Origin: Podarcis vaucheri
Taxonomy: Eukaryota
Reading direction: 5' to 3' (one strand)
Assembly: GCA_965113315.1 (NCBI GenBank)
Contig: OZ220382.1
Length of the DNA stretch: 64,000 nucleotides
The notes below the pieces were generated by a model. It was not told the origin of the DNA. It saw only the letters and a list, made by a program, of their open reading frames with translations, and did no database searches. Both the position numbers and the translations under genes were made by a program. The stretch's first letter is position 1; each line of letters starts with the position of its first letter. Of this stretch, positions 61,783-64,000 are shown piece after piece.

Positions 61783-64000
61783 GCTGAGTCCACTGATGTG
61801 CAGTCAAACTGTGATTGGCTGTATATCAATCTCAAATCACCAGGCTGCTGCCAACATCCCTTGTCAACTGGGATCGGCTTGGAAACAAGCCTGTTTGGTG
61901 AAAAATGGTGGTACTGCTGCAGCGTGGGGAGAGAACAGCTGCAAACTGTGCTTGGGCAATAGACAACTTCTCTTATATGTGCAATCTATTTTGCACCTGG
62001 AGTGTTTTTGCATGGCAAGAGTATGCCCTTGAACTCTGGTGGTGCCTTTTGCTTTCCTGGATGGAGGACAGAGAAGTGAGTGTCTGTGTTTGTAAACTAG
62101 CCTACTGTACAAAGGCAACATTTATATTCTGCCCCCCACCTGCCATGTGGCTCTCAGAAGTATACCCAGAAAGGAATGTGGCTTTTGGACTGAAAAAAAA
62201 ATGTTTCCACTCTTAGTTTAAGGGAACAAATAAATAGGCAGGGAATTGCATTGAAGAATTAATTTTCTTCAGGGGTTCCTTAGTGCTAAAAAGCAATGTT
62301 AATGTGAGGGAGCTTGTGCATAAAATCACCAGGACTTTTCAGAGTGCAAGACTGACTGAGAGGCCAAACAAAATGGTACATGCATCTAACGTCTTGCTTG
62401 GTCCTGAAAAGGCAGAAGAAAACCTACTTTTTAGAAGTGGAAAACAGACATAGGTTATGCATTTGGGGGAGGGGGGGAAATAAAGCACTATACATATTCT
62501 AGCTCTTAAAAGTTACTCATAGCAAGTTACCTTAGGGGGTTGTGGAATCTCTTTTCTTGGACATTTTACAGAAAAAGTTGGACAGGCTCTGTGTGGGCTG
62601 CTTCGCAGTCTGCTTACAGGGTGAATGGGTAATTATCTCCGGATTGTTAACCTGGGATAGCAAACACTTGTCTATAAAAGCCATGAATCTGGGGACATTC
62701 CAGAACCCCTGAATGGGTAATCATTCAGTGATCATCAATTTTGAAGAAAGAGAAATCAAAAGAGATCCTGCTGTTTTAATTTTCCGATTGGGATATCTTA
62801 TGTCAACTGACTACAACAATTGATGTGTGACTTGAACACGCAAATGAGTCATTCGATACCCCAGAATGTGTAAGCGGGCACATAAGTCCTCAGATATCAA
62901 TGCAAGCATGCTTTAGGACAGGAGGATGAATTAGATCATTGCTTTTCAAAGTGTGGTTCCTTGGAATCCTATCAGGCTACGACACAGCAATATCCAAAAA
63001 GTGCAGCAGAACATTTCTCTAGATCAAGGACAATGAACTTTGTTTTCATCCAGGAGACCACATTCATTTCTGCGCAACTTCCCAGAAGTGTTGGACCTTG
63101 GCGTCTCAGATTTCAGTGGCCCCCTGTGTGACACCAAAATCCAGTGCTCCTCCCTCTCACCTTCCATTGGAATAATAGTGGTGGAACCTGCTCTGGCGCT
63201 CCAGAAGCTCTGTGCCTGGAGGGATCGTACCAGTCACACTCCCCTGGAGCCGCCTCTCCTCCCAGGAACCACATGTCAATATGGCAGAGCAAAACATGTA
63301 AATGTAACCTGGAAAAGGAGCAGCAGAAAGAGTCAGTGGGTGCCACATCCCCTCTTGGCTCTGACCTTGCTTATGTGACCCTGAGAGTGTTATAACGTTC
63401 AGAAGATGGTCTGTCCAGATACAGGTTTCCCCATATGCACACCTGCACAGAGACCACAAGAATTTGCCACACCTTAGAAACTTATTGGGGTTCCTCAATT
63501 AAAAGATTAGCAGTGGTTGGGCTGTGAGATGTTTGGAGCTGTGGGGGCTCTCAATTTCGGAGGGATTCTGAAACATCTTCTTAAATACCACATGGAGTTG
63601 TGTCTGGACTATGAAAAAGGGGCTGGTTTGCTGAAAAGGGTCAAAAACATCACCAAGCTGGAGTTCCCACGAGTGAAAGGAGAATATGAAGAAGAGCTGC
63701 GGAAGGGACATGGAAGAGATTTAAGGGCCTCGGATATAAGGTTGCCAGGTTAATGCACTAGATCGATGGGATAAAAAGGACTGACAAAACCCGGGACCAG
63801 GAGGAAGGGACACTGGATGAAGATTGGATTGTTTTTATTTCTCTTTTTATTATCAGTATTGTTTTATAAAATTGATGAATGTTAGAAAAATGTTGGAACG
63901 AAATTACTTGGCTCTAGAAAAAATGTTTAAAGAATTAGGTAAGAATATTATGGTTGTGAGAAGTCGGTAAAAATAAGATTTAAGTTTAAAGCTTTTAAGG

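Noticed and set aside
61335-62032. Pro/His-rich overlapping ORFs
   Set aside because: Centred on a GC-rich MITE with an 8-bp TSD. No splice structure or homology.
53851-64000. Further ASTN2 exons or the nested TRIM32 gene
   Set aside because: No astrotactin, RING, B-box or NHL peptide is recognisable in any frame. The next exon presumably lies beyond the window.
63499-64000. A-rich segment resembling an L1/Tx1-type fragment
   Set aside because: No diagnostic protein motif or boundary is visible and it is cut by the window edge, so the evidence is insufficient to call it.

Overview
This is vertebrate genomic DNA, almost certainly from a squamate lizard. Sauria/Squam1 SINEs, a Squam3-type SINE, CR1/L2/RTE LINEs and the MITE set suggest Lacertidae, which is an inference. 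The window covers the tail-to-tail junction of two large genes. The last three coding exons of PAPPA (pappalysin-1) lie on the + strand at 1750-1821, 8128-8226 and 20953-21060, followed by a probable ~9 kb 3' UTR ending near 30.1 kb. The last two coding exons of ASTN2 (astrotactin-2) lie on the - strand at 53667-53850 and 48486-48723. The rest is intron or intergenic DNA dense with transposon debris: an internally deleted chromodomain Gypsy provirus (33402-36742, 5-bp TSD), a related solo LTR, a young CR1 fragment, L2 and RTE fragments, SINEs, Tc1/mariner- and hAT-type MITEs, a Penelope-like 75-bp hairpin and microsatellites. Nearly all ORFs in the supplied track are spurious. I found no evidence of a new multi-gene system. 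The best leads are speculative: alternative 3' acceptors that would give ASTN2 a different C-terminus, a cryptic exon and recursive-splice-like motifs in PAPPA introns, a Kozak-flanked short ORF just after the PAPPA stop, and well-resolved nested or deleted transposon structures.
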